Shown here: positions 49,856 through 59,661 of the stretch, in pieces
Numbering within the stretch: the first letter of the stretch is position 1
Layout of the letters: each line of letters opens with the position of its first letter
Source of the DNA: Candidatus Babeliales bacterium
Lineage (GTDB): Bacteria > Babelota > Babeliae > Babelales > JANWKD01
Length of the DNA stretch: 64,000 nt
Direction: 5' to 3'
Assembly (NCBI GenBank): GCA_963701665.1
Contig: OY969622.1
Coordinates: 224,001 to 288,000 of the forward strand
Position numbers and translations under genes: made by a program
Notes under the pieces: generated by a model
Seen by the model: only the letters and a program-made list of their open reading frames with translations
Databases searched by the model: none
What the model was told of the DNA's origin: nothing

Positions 49856-51172
49856 ATGAAATTAAATTTTGCTATTTTTGCTCTCTCTTTAGTTCTATTT
49901 TCAGGCCTACGTGCCATGGAAGAAAAGCCTAAAACACCAATGCCAGAAAAAACTGTCTCTATTCGATGCTCAGATGGTCGAATTATAGGAATTGCCAAGG
50001 ATAAAGCATTCTGTGCATCCTTTATTCGCAATTACGTAAATGATTGTGATGATAGATTGATTCCTGTCGAAGGAAAAGAAGGCTCGCATGATGCGCTCAC
50101 CGTTGATTTTTCAAATAATACATTCTTCAGCGGAGTTGACGAAAATGATGAAACGCTGCTACTAGATCTTAGTGCCGATACATTGAAAAAAATGTTTGAT
50201 TGTTGTATTTACGAGGAAGCAATTCAGCGTCTCAATAAAGAAGAGATACTTGCCGTATTTGAAGCGGGTCATTTTTTAGGTATTGCGCGTGCTACATTAA
50301 GTGCGTTGACGTTGCATGCACAAAACATCGTACCTTATAAAGAACAACCAAAATTAATACAATTGAGTCATTACGTAAATTCAATAGGTGGTTTATATAA
50401 TAGCGGTATGTTAAAAATTGAATGCCAGTTAAAAGATCAGCGTGATGATAATAACGGTTTTGATCTCGTTACTCTTTTTATAAAAAATCAACATATTGAA
50501 ACGTTAGATGGTATTGAGTTATTAGCAAAAAAATATGAATATGATAACCAATATGTTACCAGGTTGGTTATAACAGGGAATAATCTAAAAATCTTGCATG
50601 TTAGCAAGTTGTTGGCAGTATTTCCTTTTTTAAAGGAAGTTCACGCCGACGATAATGATATTGAAAAACTTATAGTCCCGCAGCAATTACCGCCAAAATT
50701 CATGCTCTTTTTGAATAATAATAAGCTACAAGAATTACCTCAATTTAAACTTGGCGAAGATGGCCATATTGATCTACAAAATAATCCTCTCAGTGCGCGA
50801 GCAAAAAAAATAATGGCATGTGCTGTACGGCCAAGCTTTCTGCAAAATAATCGACATCGCCAAAAAGCTCTTTTGAATGCCGATACATTAAAAGAGGCGG
50901 CATTTATGGGTGGTTTTATTTGCGCAGAAATGGGAATCGCTATTCCTTACCTCGTTTTACTTCATATGTATGTATCTCCAGCTCCTTCTTTTGTATTAGA
51001 AATGTTCGCTTCAAAAAGACATGCTATTATCATGGGAGGTTTGGCGAGTATTTTGGGTGCGACTGGAATTGGTTTAGCGCAGGGATATTTTAGAAATTAT
51101 CCTAACGCTGTAGCACAGCATAAATATCAACAGGCTACATTTTTTGTTGATCAAAAATCTGAAAATTCATAA
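49856..51172 (+). CDS. Secreted Skp1/BTB-POZ-like + LRR protein, tandem paralog
   Basis: VSIRCSDGRIIGI...ASFIRNY...ILAVFEAGHFLGI; same LRR block and TM region. Confidence 0.75.
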   Translation: MKLNFAIFALSLVLFSGLRAMEEKPKTPMPEKTVSIRCSDGRIIGIAKDKAFCASFIRNYVNDCDDRLIPVEGKEGSHDALTVDFSNNTFFSGVDENDETLLLDLSADTLKKMFDCCIYEEAIQRLNKEEILAVFEAGHFLGIARATLSALTLHAQNIVPYKEQPKLIQLSHYVNSIGGLYNSGMLKIECQLKDQRDDNNGFDLVTLFIKNQHIETLDGIELLAKKYEYDNQYVTRLVITGNNLKILHVSKLLAVFPFLKEVHADDNDIEKLIVPQQLPPKFMLFLNNNKLQELPQFKLGEDGHIDLQNNPLSARAKKIMACAVRPSFLQNNRHRQKALLNADTLKEAAFMGGFICAEMGIAIPYLVLLHMYVSPAPSFVLEMFASKRHAIIMGGLASILGATGIGLAQGYFRNYPNAVAQHKYQQATFFVDQKSENS

Positions 51173-51243
51173 AACGGTAAAATATAGTTTAAAGTAAATT
51201 CGATGTTACTATGCCGCAGGAAATGATATTGGAAACAAAAGTT

Positions 51244-51341
51244 GTCATTGCGAGCGAATGCGTGGCAATCCAATTATAAAATTAGTTCCTTTAAGGAATT
51301 AATTAAAGTTTGGATCCCCACGGCTAAAGCCTCGGGATGAC
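51244..51341. repeat. GTCAT...ATGAC palindromic element, near-identical to the 39211 copy
   Basis: GTCATTGCGAGCGAATGCGTGGCAATCCAATTATAAAATTAGTTCCTTTAAGGAATTAATT...CCACGGCTAAAGCCTCGGGATGAC. Confidence 0.9.
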
Positions 51342-51489
51342 ATTTTTGCTAATTGTACAATTTATATCGAATTCGCGTTAGTTTATTGGAATGCATCCCA
51401 ATGTTGAGGGTGTAGAGCCCCCGAAATTACGCTTATTTAAAAAGCTTTTTTAGTATTTTAATGGTATTGTAGTATACTTTAAGTAGACC

Positions 51490-52929
51490 ATGATTCTTCC
51501 ACCTCACTTTGTTGTAAAGAAAGATTCAATGATACTTGCCTATGCTCAAAGTATAATTACCCCTATTTTTGGTTCCTTTGAACGTGAAGAGTTCAAAAAA
51601 TTCCTTAAATTGGGGGCTGTTTTTAGTGCCATTATTGGCTCTTATTGGACCCTGGGGACTATCAAAGAGGCACTCGTTAGCCTCCTAATAGGGTCAGCAA
51701 TGCTTCCCCATGCAAAAGCAGCCTCGTTAATATGCCTCATTCCCGCGCTTATGCTCTATTCCCGCCTTCTTGATTATCTTTCAAGAGAGCGGCTTTTTTA
51801 CGTCCTTTCTTGGGGGTATGCTGCTATTACCTTCGTTTTTGCCCTTCTTTTAATGCATCCAGATATAGGACAGGCAGATGCGGCTACTATTGCAGCACGT
51901 ACGGGGTGGGCTTCATGGGGGACCCAATTTTTGGGCTACGCATATTATGCAATAATTGAAAGCTATGGTTCCTTGATGGTGGCTCTGTTTTGGTCAATTG
52001 CCGTTGACACCACGCAACCTGAATCGGCCAAAAAAGGTTTTTCTTTTGTTGTGGCCTTAGGACAATTTGGGGGCATTATAAGTCCATTCATAATTTGTAA
52101 AATTCCACGATTTTTTGGTTTTGAAACGTGTGGTTTATCAGTAATGATCAGTTGCATGTTGCTCCTTAGCGCACTATTTCTTTTACGGTACTTGTTGACA
52201 TCGACACCTCCAGAGTTTTTACGATCATTTCATGGGACGAATGAAAAAACCATTGAAGAAAAACAAGAGCCAGGATTTTTTGAAGGATTAAAACTTTTAT
52301 TGCAGCATCGCTATTTACTGTGCATTTTTTCTATGCTGTTTTTCTTTGAGATGCTTACACAAATCTTTGACTTTCATTTTAAATGCATGGCAGCTGAACA
52401 ATTTGCTGGGTTAGCATTAGTTGAATATATAAGTACCTATAGCAGTATGGTCAGCTTGATGACGCTGCTGTGTTTAGTGTTAGGTGTGAACCGTATTACG
52501 CAGTTTTTTGGTTTAGGTGTTTCACTTGCCTTAATGCCGATTATGGTCGGGTGTGCCATCTTTGGCTTTATTACCACCCATCATCTTTTATTTCTTTTTT
52601 GGCTTATGGTTGCATCTAAAGCATGCAATTATGCACTCAATGTGCCAGCAGTAAAACAGCTTTATATTCCAACAACGCATGACGTACGTTTCAAAGCTCA
52701 AGCATGGATAGAGACTTTTGGCGCGCGTTCAGCCCGCCAAGGAGGAGGGTTTTATAATATGCTCTTGCATCCTTTACAACGTAATATGGGTTTGCATGCG
52801 GGATATTTATGTCATATTTGGATGACCGCCTATTTTGGTTTTGCATTTGTCATTGCGTGGTTCTTTATTGCACGTTATTTAGGCCGTACGTGCAAAGAAG
52901 CAGTTGAAACGCGCACGGTAGTTTGTTAG
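51490..52929 (+). CDS. Nucleotide transporter, Npt/Tlc (ATP/ADP translocase) family
   Basis: E.KKFL, E.YGS...LFW...AKK, YALN.P...LYIP...RFKA..WI..FG.R; about 12 TM. Confidence 0.88.
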   Translation: MILPPHFVVKKDSMILAYAQSIITPIFGSFEREEFKKFLKLGAVFSAIIGSYWTLGTIKEALVSLLIGSAMLPHAKAASLICLIPALMLYSRLLDYLSRERLFYVLSWGYAAITFVFALLLMHPDIGQADAATIAARTGWASWGTQFLGYAYYAIIESYGSLMVALFWSIAVDTTQPESAKKGFSFVVALGQFGGIISPFIICKIPRFFGFETCGLSVMISCMLLLSALFLLRYLLTSTPPEFLRSFHGTNEKTIEEKQEPGFFEGLKLLLQHRYLLCIFSMLFFFEMLTQIFDFHFKCMAAEQFAGLALVEYISTYSSMVSLMTLLCLVLGVNRITQFFGLGVSLALMPIMVGCAIFGFITTHHLLFLFWLMVASKACNYALNVPAVKQLYIPTTHDVRFKAQAWIETFGARSARQGGGFYNMLLHPLQRNMGLHAGYLCHIWMTAYFGFAFVIAWFFIARYLGRTCKEAVETRTVVC

Positions 52930-53315
52930 TCGCCCTTCTTTTGCTTTTTTTCTTTTAAATTTACCTTATACATTGCAAATAAATCTTTGTGCTGTTGCAC
53001 TAAAACTCTAGCATTTACATAATTATCAGTATTAGCTGCAGTTTCATCAATTAAAAATTTTATTATTACATCATCTACCTCAATTAATCGCTCAACTATA
53101 ACTTCTTGGGACGAAGTTGATGGCGGCAATACATTCTTAGTGTCTAATACTTTTTTTATTCTTTTTTGAGTGGGCCCAGTTCTTCTTTCTCGGCGTTTTA
53201 TGAATCGATCAATAAATGTGCGAGGCTTTGTATCGTTGTCTTCCATTCCTAACGTGCTAAACACGGGTGCTGAAGTAAAAAATAGTAAGGCAAATAGTGC
53301 ATAAATTTTTAGCAT
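52926..53315 (-). CDS. Hypothetical secreted protein (ME motif)
   Basis: Signal peptide ending TLG-MED; basic patches. Confidence 0.65.
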   Translation of the reverse strand: MLKIYALFALLFFTSAPVFSTLGMEDNDTKPRTFIDRFIKRRERRTGPTQKRIKKVLDTKNVLPPSTSSQEVIVERLIEVDDVIIKFLIDETAANTDNYVNARVLVQQHKDLFAMYKVNLKEKKQKKGD

Positions 53316-53451
53316 GGTGTTACTTTCTCAAGAAATTAAATATGGTCTACTAGTATAGTAAAGCATGCTTAATAATTTTAAAGGGAATCTTACGACAATA
53401 ATAAGCGCAAAATAGCGGGAAGTTTTTTATTATAAGAATTTTGATGTATAC

Positions 53452-53492
53452 AAAGCCGCGAGAAAGTTAGATTGCTTTCCCGCGGCTTTTTT
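53452..53492. terminator. Intrinsic terminator
   Basis: AAAGCCGCGAGAAAG-loop-CTTTCCCGCGGCTTTTTT. Confidence 0.75.
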
Positions 53493-53496
53493 CTAT

Positions 53497-53760
53497 TTAT
53501 CGAGGAGGTCTAGCGTGCTGTTCTCTGTTTGGTCTAGGAGCTTTTGGTGGCACTGGAGCGCTTTTTCCTGGTCTTGCAACTGCTGCAGGTTGAGGTTGCG
53601 TAGGTGCTGCTGGAGCAGGTTTTGCTGGTGAAGCTGCTGTGGGTCTAGGTTTGCCGCCGCCACCGCCGCATCCACATTTACTATCATCTCGAGGCGATGC
53701 AACGAGTGCTGAACTTAAGCCGAGGCTTAAGAGACAGGCTAAAACGAGGGTTTTTTTCAT
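53497..53760 (-). CDS. Small secreted Pro/Ala-rich protein with CGCGGGGG
   Basis: AAGGAG RBS, signal peptide, low-complexity body. Confidence 0.7.
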   Translation of the reverse strand: MKKTLVLACLLSLGLSSALVASPRDDSKCGCGGGGGKPRPTAASPAKPAPAAPTQPQPAAVARPGKSAPVPPKAPRPNREQHARPPR

Positions 53761-53784
53761 AGAGTCTCCTTTTAAATAAAGTAA

Positions 53785-54432
53785 CTACACGTATTCACAA
53801 TATTTTTTATAGTGAGCTGCTTGGTATAATGTAAGAACCTTGAGCAGAAGCTCACGATAACTTTCAAGGGAATCGACGATATAATTAAGTAATTTTGATT
53901 GCTCATCCCAAGTGCGTAGGAGTAATTTGTCTTTAAAGTAAGGTTGTTGCTCAAATTCAAGCGCTTGCTCCTCAGTCATGGGGCCCCCCTGCATGACGAG
54001 CGTTTCTTTGCTTGCTGAAGATAATCTTTCATAATAGGTTGGATTAACAAAAGTTAAATAGCGCTTTGCATCAACATGCCCCCGAATAAGATCTGCAATT
54101 TTTTTCGAAAATCCTTTTTCAAGAACGTACGCTCTACCTATTTTTTCATGATCCGCTGCACCCAGGCCGTTAGTATCATCATGTATAAGAAGATGGCCAA
54201 TATCATGTAATAGTGCAGCCACTATTGTTTCATCATCAGCATTCGCATTTTTTGCCCGGTGTGCGCATTGTAATGCGTGTTCAAGTTGCGAAACCGGTTC
54301 ACCAATATAATCATAGGAGGCGCCACTTTGCAAAATGGTCATAATCTCTTCAACAACTTGTTCAGGAGTTTGGGCTGCTGAAGTATTAAGTGTTACCATC
54401 AAAAATATCATCGCTATCGCGCGTATCTTCAT
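53785..54432 (-). CDS. HD-domain protein, PhnZ-like, with a signal peptide
   Basis: YIGEPVSQLEHALQCA...AALLHDIGH...HE..G...HV.AKRYL...LS.AS..TL..QGGPM...LR.WDE. Confidence 0.82.
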   Translation of the reverse strand: MKIRAIAMIFLMVTLNTSAAQTPEQVVEEIMTILQSGASYDYIGEPVSQLEHALQCAHRAKNANADDETIVAALLHDIGHLLIHDDTNGLGAADHEKIGRAYVLEKGFSKKIADLIRGHVDAKRYLTFVNPTYYERLSSASKETLVMQGGPMTEEQALEFEQQPYFKDKLLLRTWDEQSKLLNYIVDSLESYRELLLKVLTLYQAAHYKKYCEYV

Positions 54433-54733
54433 TAATTTCGATCTTTCGCAAATTGGAATAGATATCTTTTAAATCTAATTCTGGTGCAAGCAGTTGAATG
54501 GTGTATTCTGCTACAGATAGTTTTTCCTGGGTAAAGGCAAGTTCATATTGCAGTCGATCTATTAACGAATTTTCAAATGGGGCGTGGGATTTTTTTTTTG
54601 AAAATATCCGCAATATTTTTGCATTCAGGTCGTCCTCATTTGAAATAACCGAATCTTGCCCATTCTCCATGGCCTGACCTGTTAACGTAGTAAACAACAA
54701 GAGTACGCTCAAAATCTTTTCTATATTTTTCAT
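54386..54733 (-). CDS. Hypothetical secreted protein (ME motif)
   Basis: MKNIEKILSVLLLFTTLTGQA-MEN. Confidence 0.6.
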   Translation of the reverse strand: MKNIEKILSVLLLFTTLTGQAMENGQDSVISNEDDLNAKILRIFSKKKSHAPFENSLIDRLQYELAFTQEKLSVAEYTIQLLAPELDLKDIYSNLRKIEINEDTRDSDDIFDGNT

Positions 54734-54886
54734 TGTTTTTTTGTACTATTTTCTCGATTTAACATGTAATAACAGTAGCCTAATTTAAAAAAAAATCTGT
54801 TGCAAGATATTCAAATCTCTTGTAATGAAAGTTACGCGCGCATCACACTTTAGAATATAGGGACACCATTTTAAGTGGAGTGTTAG

Positions 54887-55738
54887 ATGATTGGAAAGAT
54901 ATTTTCTTTGGGTATCTATAGCTTATTAACGATAGGTACGATAGAGGCCGCAGATATACGGGGTTATGTGCTGAGAAATATCGATGACCAACCCGTGAAT
55001 GTAATGGTAGAAGATCATCTTTTTAGGCCGCTCAGTAATGAGAAGCTTGAGCCGAATGATGAACTTATTTTGTCTTTATACTATTTAAATGTGATGCAAG
55101 CAAAAAAATTACAAATTTTTTTTAAAAGACAAGATAAAGATGCAGGCAATACTCGAACCGAAGAAATTGATTTTAAATTAAGAGGATCAAAAATAATTAA
55201 GGTTCATGGGGTTGATTCTGTCAGAGAAGAAACAGATCTTGTGCTTAAAAGTTTACACAAGCGCAGAACAGAAAAACCAAAAGTAGTCCCTGTTCAAAAA
55301 AAAATTTTGGGGTATTACTTTAGAAATATTGATGAGATACCTTTGAGAGTTGACCTTTTAAATAAACAGTCGGGTACTATTTTCAAAAGCACAATACTAC
55401 AACCAAATGAAGAATTTCTTTTAGATGTAGATTATTTTAAAAAGAACCATCTATTAAAGTTTACGGTAATAACTTATTACAATAAATATACAAACTATTG
55501 GAAGGAACTCTATAGAGAGAAACTGCTAAGCCCGTGTAAAAAATATAAAGTTGATAAAGTAAGGAATGAGTCAAGTTTGATTACAGGATTTTGGTCAAAA
55601 CATATAGAAAAACCAGGTACTGATAAAGAAATTGTTGCGGTGCGCAAAGTACCAGGCGTCAACTTTGAAGAATTTTATAAAAAATGTACCGGGCTTTATA
55701 AGCAACGTGAAAAGCCAGCCGTTGCTGAGGCTACATAA
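54887..55738 (+). CDS. Secreted protein with two internal repeat domains
   Basis: GYVLRNIDDQPVNV...LEPNDELIL vs GYYFRNIDEIPLRV...LQPNEEFLL. Confidence 0.75.
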   Translation: MIGKIFSLGIYSLLTIGTIEAADIRGYVLRNIDDQPVNVMVEDHLFRPLSNEKLEPNDELILSLYYLNVMQAKKLQIFFKRQDKDAGNTRTEEIDFKLRGSKIIKVHGVDSVREETDLVLKSLHKRRTEKPKVVPVQKKILGYYFRNIDEIPLRVDLLNKQSGTIFKSTILQPNEEFLLDVDYFKKNHLLKFTVITYYNKYTNYWKELYREKLLSPCKKYKVDKVRNESSLITGFWSKHIEKPGTDKEIVAVRKVPGVNFEEFYKKCTGLYKQREKPAVAEAT

Positions 55739-55800
55739 CCAAGCATCGGACGGCAAAGATCAGAAAGAACTTGAACAAAAATAATTTAATTGTAGTTTAT

Positions 55801-56844
55801 TCAAATTACAATCTGAGGTATATAAGGAACGCCGGAGTGCTTATAGAAAGTATGTACCGATTGTAGATAGTGTTGTGTGTCTGTTGCATCATCATGACTG
55901 TAGCCAGAATGAATAGAATTTTCAAGTGTAACAAATTCTACATTTTTAAGCCCAGCATGTTTGAGAGCTTGATAAAGGTTGAACGAATTTTTATAAGGCA
56001 CGCGCTGATCTTTTAATGAACCAATAAAAAGCACCCGTATTTCATTAGTATTGCATACCTCAACAAAACGCTGCAGGATTTTTTGATTAAGAGGCGCAAT
56101 ACCATAATGATCATAATGAGGCAAAAGGCATGAAAGGGCATAACTTAGAGAGGTCATATTGGCAAGCGAGTCAAAGCATGATTCTAAAATAATTGCTTTG
56201 ATTGGTTTTAAGCATTGTGCTGGATCGTACATGCATGCAACGAAGTTGAATGCTGCTACTGCGCCACGAGAAACACCATAAAGAATAATAGAATCGGGAA
56301 GCAAGGGCGAATTTTGCATATCTTGAAATGTTTTTGCAAGTACATGCATGTCATGCATCTGGCCAAAATTAAGGGCAAAAATATTCAAAAAGTAGGGGTT
56401 AATGCTTATATTATTTTTTGCGTTTCCTGAAATGGTTATTTGATAGCGATTATTGCTCGTATCAAGAATATGCCGTGCGAGTGGCGTAACGAGGGCATTA
56501 AAGAGAGCGTACGGCAAGTCTGACCACGTGCGCGTTTTTTTATCAAGAAGCGTACGCAATGTTATTTCGGGGAAATTGCACGCGACCGTTTTAGGCCCTT
56601 GCATAACTTCAAAACCGTGCTTGCTGGTGACTAATTCACCCGTTGTTGCAAGATAGGAATTGCAGTATTTTGCTGCTTGATGTTCAGAAGACCAAAGGCC
56701 GGGAGCAAAAAGATAACTTGCTTCTCCATGCCATTCATGTGCAGCTGCATTAAAAATGAGATATGTACTAATTATGCAGAGAGAAAGTACGTATTTTAAT
56801 GAATATGCCATGTACCTTTTAACTATTCGATGTTTTGCCCGCAA
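55801..56844 (-). CDS. Alpha/beta hydrolase-fold protein
   Basis: LYGVSRGA nucleophile elbow, ILESCFDS, D.RVP, H. Confidence 0.78.
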   Translation of the reverse strand: MRAKHRIVKRYMAYSLKYVLSLCIISTYLIFNAAAHEWHGEASYLFAPGLWSSEHQAAKYCNSYLATTGELVTSKHGFEVMQGPKTVACNFPEITLRTLLDKKTRTWSDLPYALFNALVTPLARHILDTSNNRYQITISGNAKNNISINPYFLNIFALNFGQMHDMHVLAKTFQDMQNSPLLPDSIILYGVSRGAVAAFNFVACMYDPAQCLKPIKAIILESCFDSLANMTSLSYALSCLLPHYDHYGIAPLNQKILQRFVEVCNTNEIRVLFIGSLKDQRVPYKNSFNLYQALKHAGLKNVEFVTLENSIHSGYSHDDATDTQHYLQSVHTFYKHSGVPYIPQIVI

Positions 56845-57455
56845 AGAGCCATAATTGTTTTGTATTTATCATAAGATAATGTTGGTGCATGAACATAAAA
56901 ATTATTAATGGTAGTTATCAGCTTTGTATTTTTCCTGCCGCACCAGTTCCTATATTGATTTGCATGTGCCATGGCATTATTAATATCTGTTGCCGAAGCT
57001 TTTTGCTCTTTATAATTTCTTTGAATTATACCCCCGAGCTCAGTCAACGATGTAGCATGTTTATTATACCAATTTTTATATTCAGTATATACATATATAG
57101 ATCCCAGTATAACCGCTGCGGTAGCAACTGCTTCTCTATGATTATTAACGAAAGCGCATGTATTTTTAGTTAAGGTCAATGGGTTAACTTTTACACCCGA
57201 TACTTGGAAATTTGATTTGCCTTCAAGATAGTTGAACGCATTAGATGCTTGTTTTCCTAAGAATTCTAATGCTGCTCCGCCGTTATATTTTACGGCGTTT
57301 TTGAGTGTCTCTAGAACAGGTTGGCGTGCAATTATGGTAATTTCTAAAGCCGGTTGTACAGCATCAGCTGGGATTGGATCTGCCTGTAATGAACGAATAG
57401 AAAGCGCTGCTACAACGCCTAAGAAAAATATAAGAGCTATTTTTTTTAATGACAT
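56823..57455 (-). CDS. Hypothetical exported/membrane protein
   Basis: GGAGGA RBS, signal peptide, internal TM. Confidence 0.72.
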   Translation of the reverse strand: MSLKKIALIFFLGVVAALSIRSLQADPIPADAVQPALEITIIARQPVLETLKNAVKYNGGAALEFLGKQASNAFNYLEGKSNFQVSGVKVNPLTLTKNTCAFVNNHREAVATAAVILGSIYVYTEYKNWYNKHATSLTELGGIIQRNYKEQKASATDINNAMAHANQYRNWCGRKNTKLITTINNFYVHAPTLSYDKYKTIMALCGQNIE

Positions 57456-57583
57456 AAAATTCCTCCACTTAAAAACAGTAATTTTAGGGTAATTACTGGT
57501 ATAACCTCTTTATATAAATTAAACAAAAGCCAGAATTTGTCAACTTACCAGGTTCGCAAACAGGCCATTTTTAGGTGGAGTAT

Positions 57584-57612
57584 TTGACAAAATTGACAAT
57601 TTGTCTTACGAT
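57584..57612 (+). promoter_or_regulatory. Sigma70 promoter of deaD
   Basis: TTGACA(57584-57589)-17 bp-TACGAT(57607-57612); a second TTGACA at 57593. Confidence 0.65.
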
Positions 57613-57618
57613 TGAGGT

Positions 57619-57820
57619 ATCCTAAGAGGGCCAATAAGACGGTGAGCCCTGCGGGGTTGAATTGAAAAAGCGACATAATTTGTTTGTGATACCCAATTTT
57701 GCTCAGGTTAAACCGAGCGCCGTCTTAACTGGAAAAAGCCTGTATTTGGCATATTTGAGGCGTATTTAGCCTATATGTAATGCCGGGTAAGCATCACGAA
57801 CCTTCGATAGGAAAAATCTT
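57619..57820 (+). ncRNA. Putative structured 5' leader of deaD
   Basis: TAAGACGGTG(57635-57644) pairs with CGCCGTCTTA(57718-57727); GCTC-GGT/ACC-GAGC and GGCAT/ATGCC hairpins; TCCTA(57620-57624) pairs with TAGGA(57808-57812, the RBS). Confidence 0.55.
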
Positions 57821-59554
57821 ATGAAATCATTTAAAGAACTGGCTTTAGCGCCTGAAATTGCTAAAGCTCTCCAAAACCTAGGCTTTGAAACGCCTACAGA
57901 AATTCAAGCGAAAGCTATCCCTTTACTTCTTGATTCAAAGAATATTGATATTCATGGTCAAGCTCAAACGGGTACGGGAAAAACGTTAGCTTTCGGTATT
58001 CCTTTAATTCAAAACATTGATGCAACACGCCGTGAAGTGCAAGGGTTGATTGTAGCACCGACTCGTGAATTAGTAGTGCAAATTTGCCAAAGCTTGCGCA
58101 GCGTAGCACAAGAGACTGGTATTGAGATTGCGCCTATTTATGGTGGTGTTTCAATGGAAGAACAGATCCGACAACTCAGAAAAGGTGTGCACATTGTTGT
58201 GGGAACGCCGGGACGTCTCAATGATCATTTACGCCGTAAAACGCTAACGCTCGGCTCATTATCAACGCTCGTTCTTGATGAAGCTGATATTATGCTTGAT
58301 ATGGGATTCAAAGAAGAAGTAGACGAGATTTTGAATTACGCGCCGCGTAATCGTCAAATTTGGCTCTTTTCTGCGACCGTTAAGCAGGGTATCAGTGATA
58401 TTATGCGCGTGCATATGAAAGATCCTGTATCAGTACGCGTGAGTCAGCAAAATGTAGGGACTACCAAAACTGAACAATTTTATTGTGTTGTACCAATGCG
58501 CGATCGTATTGCTGCATTGAGTAGATTTATTGATAGCGTGCCGGAATTTTACGGCTTTATCTTTTGTCAGACAAAAATATTAACGGCTGAAGTTGCTGAA
58601 CATTTAAACCGTCGTGGTTATGCTGCCAATGCATTGCATGGTGACATGAGCCAAGTACAACGAAATCGCGTTATTAAAATGTTCAAACAACGAGAATTTA
58701 CTATTTTAGTGGCGACTGACGTCGCAGCGCGTGGTATTGACGTTTCAGACTTAACCCACGTTATCAACTATTCATTACCTGATGATCAAGAAAGTTATGT
58801 TCATCGTATTGGAAGAACAGGGCGTGCCGGTAAAGAAGGTACGGCTATTACGTTCGTTAGTCAAAGTGAAACACGCTATATTGGCGGATTACAAAGAAAA
58901 TTCAAAGTTACCATACAGCCGATAGTGGTTCCTTCAAGTGATGCAATTGCTCAGGTTCGTATGAAACAAGCGGGTGAGTACCTTAAAGAAAGTATTGCAC
59001 AAAGTACGAATAGTACCTACAGTGCACAATTACAGAGCTTAATCGATACATTCCCTACGGCCGATCTTTCACGCGCCTTAGTTTCCTTGCTTGATGAAAA
59101 ATTTTTCAAACACGTGGCATCAGATCAAAATATAAAATTTGCGCCAACAGTACATTTAAATGCTGACAGAGATGATGGCATGCCTGCTATGAAAGAGCTA
59201 TGCCTTAATGTTGGTTCTGATGATGGCATCACAAAATCTGACGTTCTTGATTGGCTTGCTGACGTGGCAAAATTAGACGTGAAAAACATTGAAAGAATAA
59301 AAGTTATTAAACGACGTACGTTCATCGTGGTGAAACCTGAACACGCGCATGATATTGTTGAGCGTTTGAAAGGTGAAACACTCGGCGGCAGACGCGTACG
59401 TGTTGATATTAATCAGTATAGTTCATCGGGCGCTTCTTCTGATCGTTTTGCTGCAAGAAAGCAACGCGGCGGCGGTAACGGTAACAACCGTTTTGGCAGA
59501 TCCGGCGGCCGTAACAGATCAAATAATTACACTGACTACGCATTCGGGCGTTAA
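57821..59554 (+). CDS. deaD: DEAD-box RNA helicase DeaD/CsdA-like
   Basis: Q motif, AQTGTGKT, PTREL, DEAD, SAT, HRIGRTGRAG; C-terminal DbpA-type RNA-binding domain and RG-rich tail. Confidence 0.9.
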   Translation: MKSFKELALAPEIAKALQNLGFETPTEIQAKAIPLLLDSKNIDIHGQAQTGTGKTLAFGIPLIQNIDATRREVQGLIVAPTRELVVQICQSLRSVAQETGIEIAPIYGGVSMEEQIRQLRKGVHIVVGTPGRLNDHLRRKTLTLGSLSTLVLDEADIMLDMGFKEEVDEILNYAPRNRQIWLFSATVKQGISDIMRVHMKDPVSVRVSQQNVGTTKTEQFYCVVPMRDRIAALSRFIDSVPEFYGFIFCQTKILTAEVAEHLNRRGYAANALHGDMSQVQRNRVIKMFKQREFTILVATDVAARGIDVSDLTHVINYSLPDDQESYVHRIGRTGRAGKEGTAITFVSQSETRYIGGLQRKFKVTIQPIVVPSSDAIAQVRMKQAGEYLKESIAQSTNSTYSAQLQSLIDTFPTADLSRALVSLLDEKFFKHVASDQNIKFAPTVHLNADRDDGMPAMKELCLNVGSDDGITKSDVLDWLADVAKLDVKNIERIKVIKRRTFIVVKPEHAHDIVERLKGETLGGRRVRVDINQYSSSGASSDRFAARKQRGGGNGNNRFGRSGGRNRSNNYTDYAFGR

Positions 59555-59661
59555 TAACGCTTTTATTTAGAGCTTATTTTCCAAATTCAATGAACATTCA
59601 ACTTTGATCAAAATTGAATTTGGCTGCGCAGAAGTAACATTAAAAACAAAATTGTCATTGC

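Noticed and set aside
57619..57820. SRP RNA, tmRNA or RNase P assignment for the structured region
   Set aside because: No SRP GNRA-loop domain, tRNA-like ends or RNase P conserved motifs; it runs straight into the deaD RBS. 6S RNA is not fully excluded.
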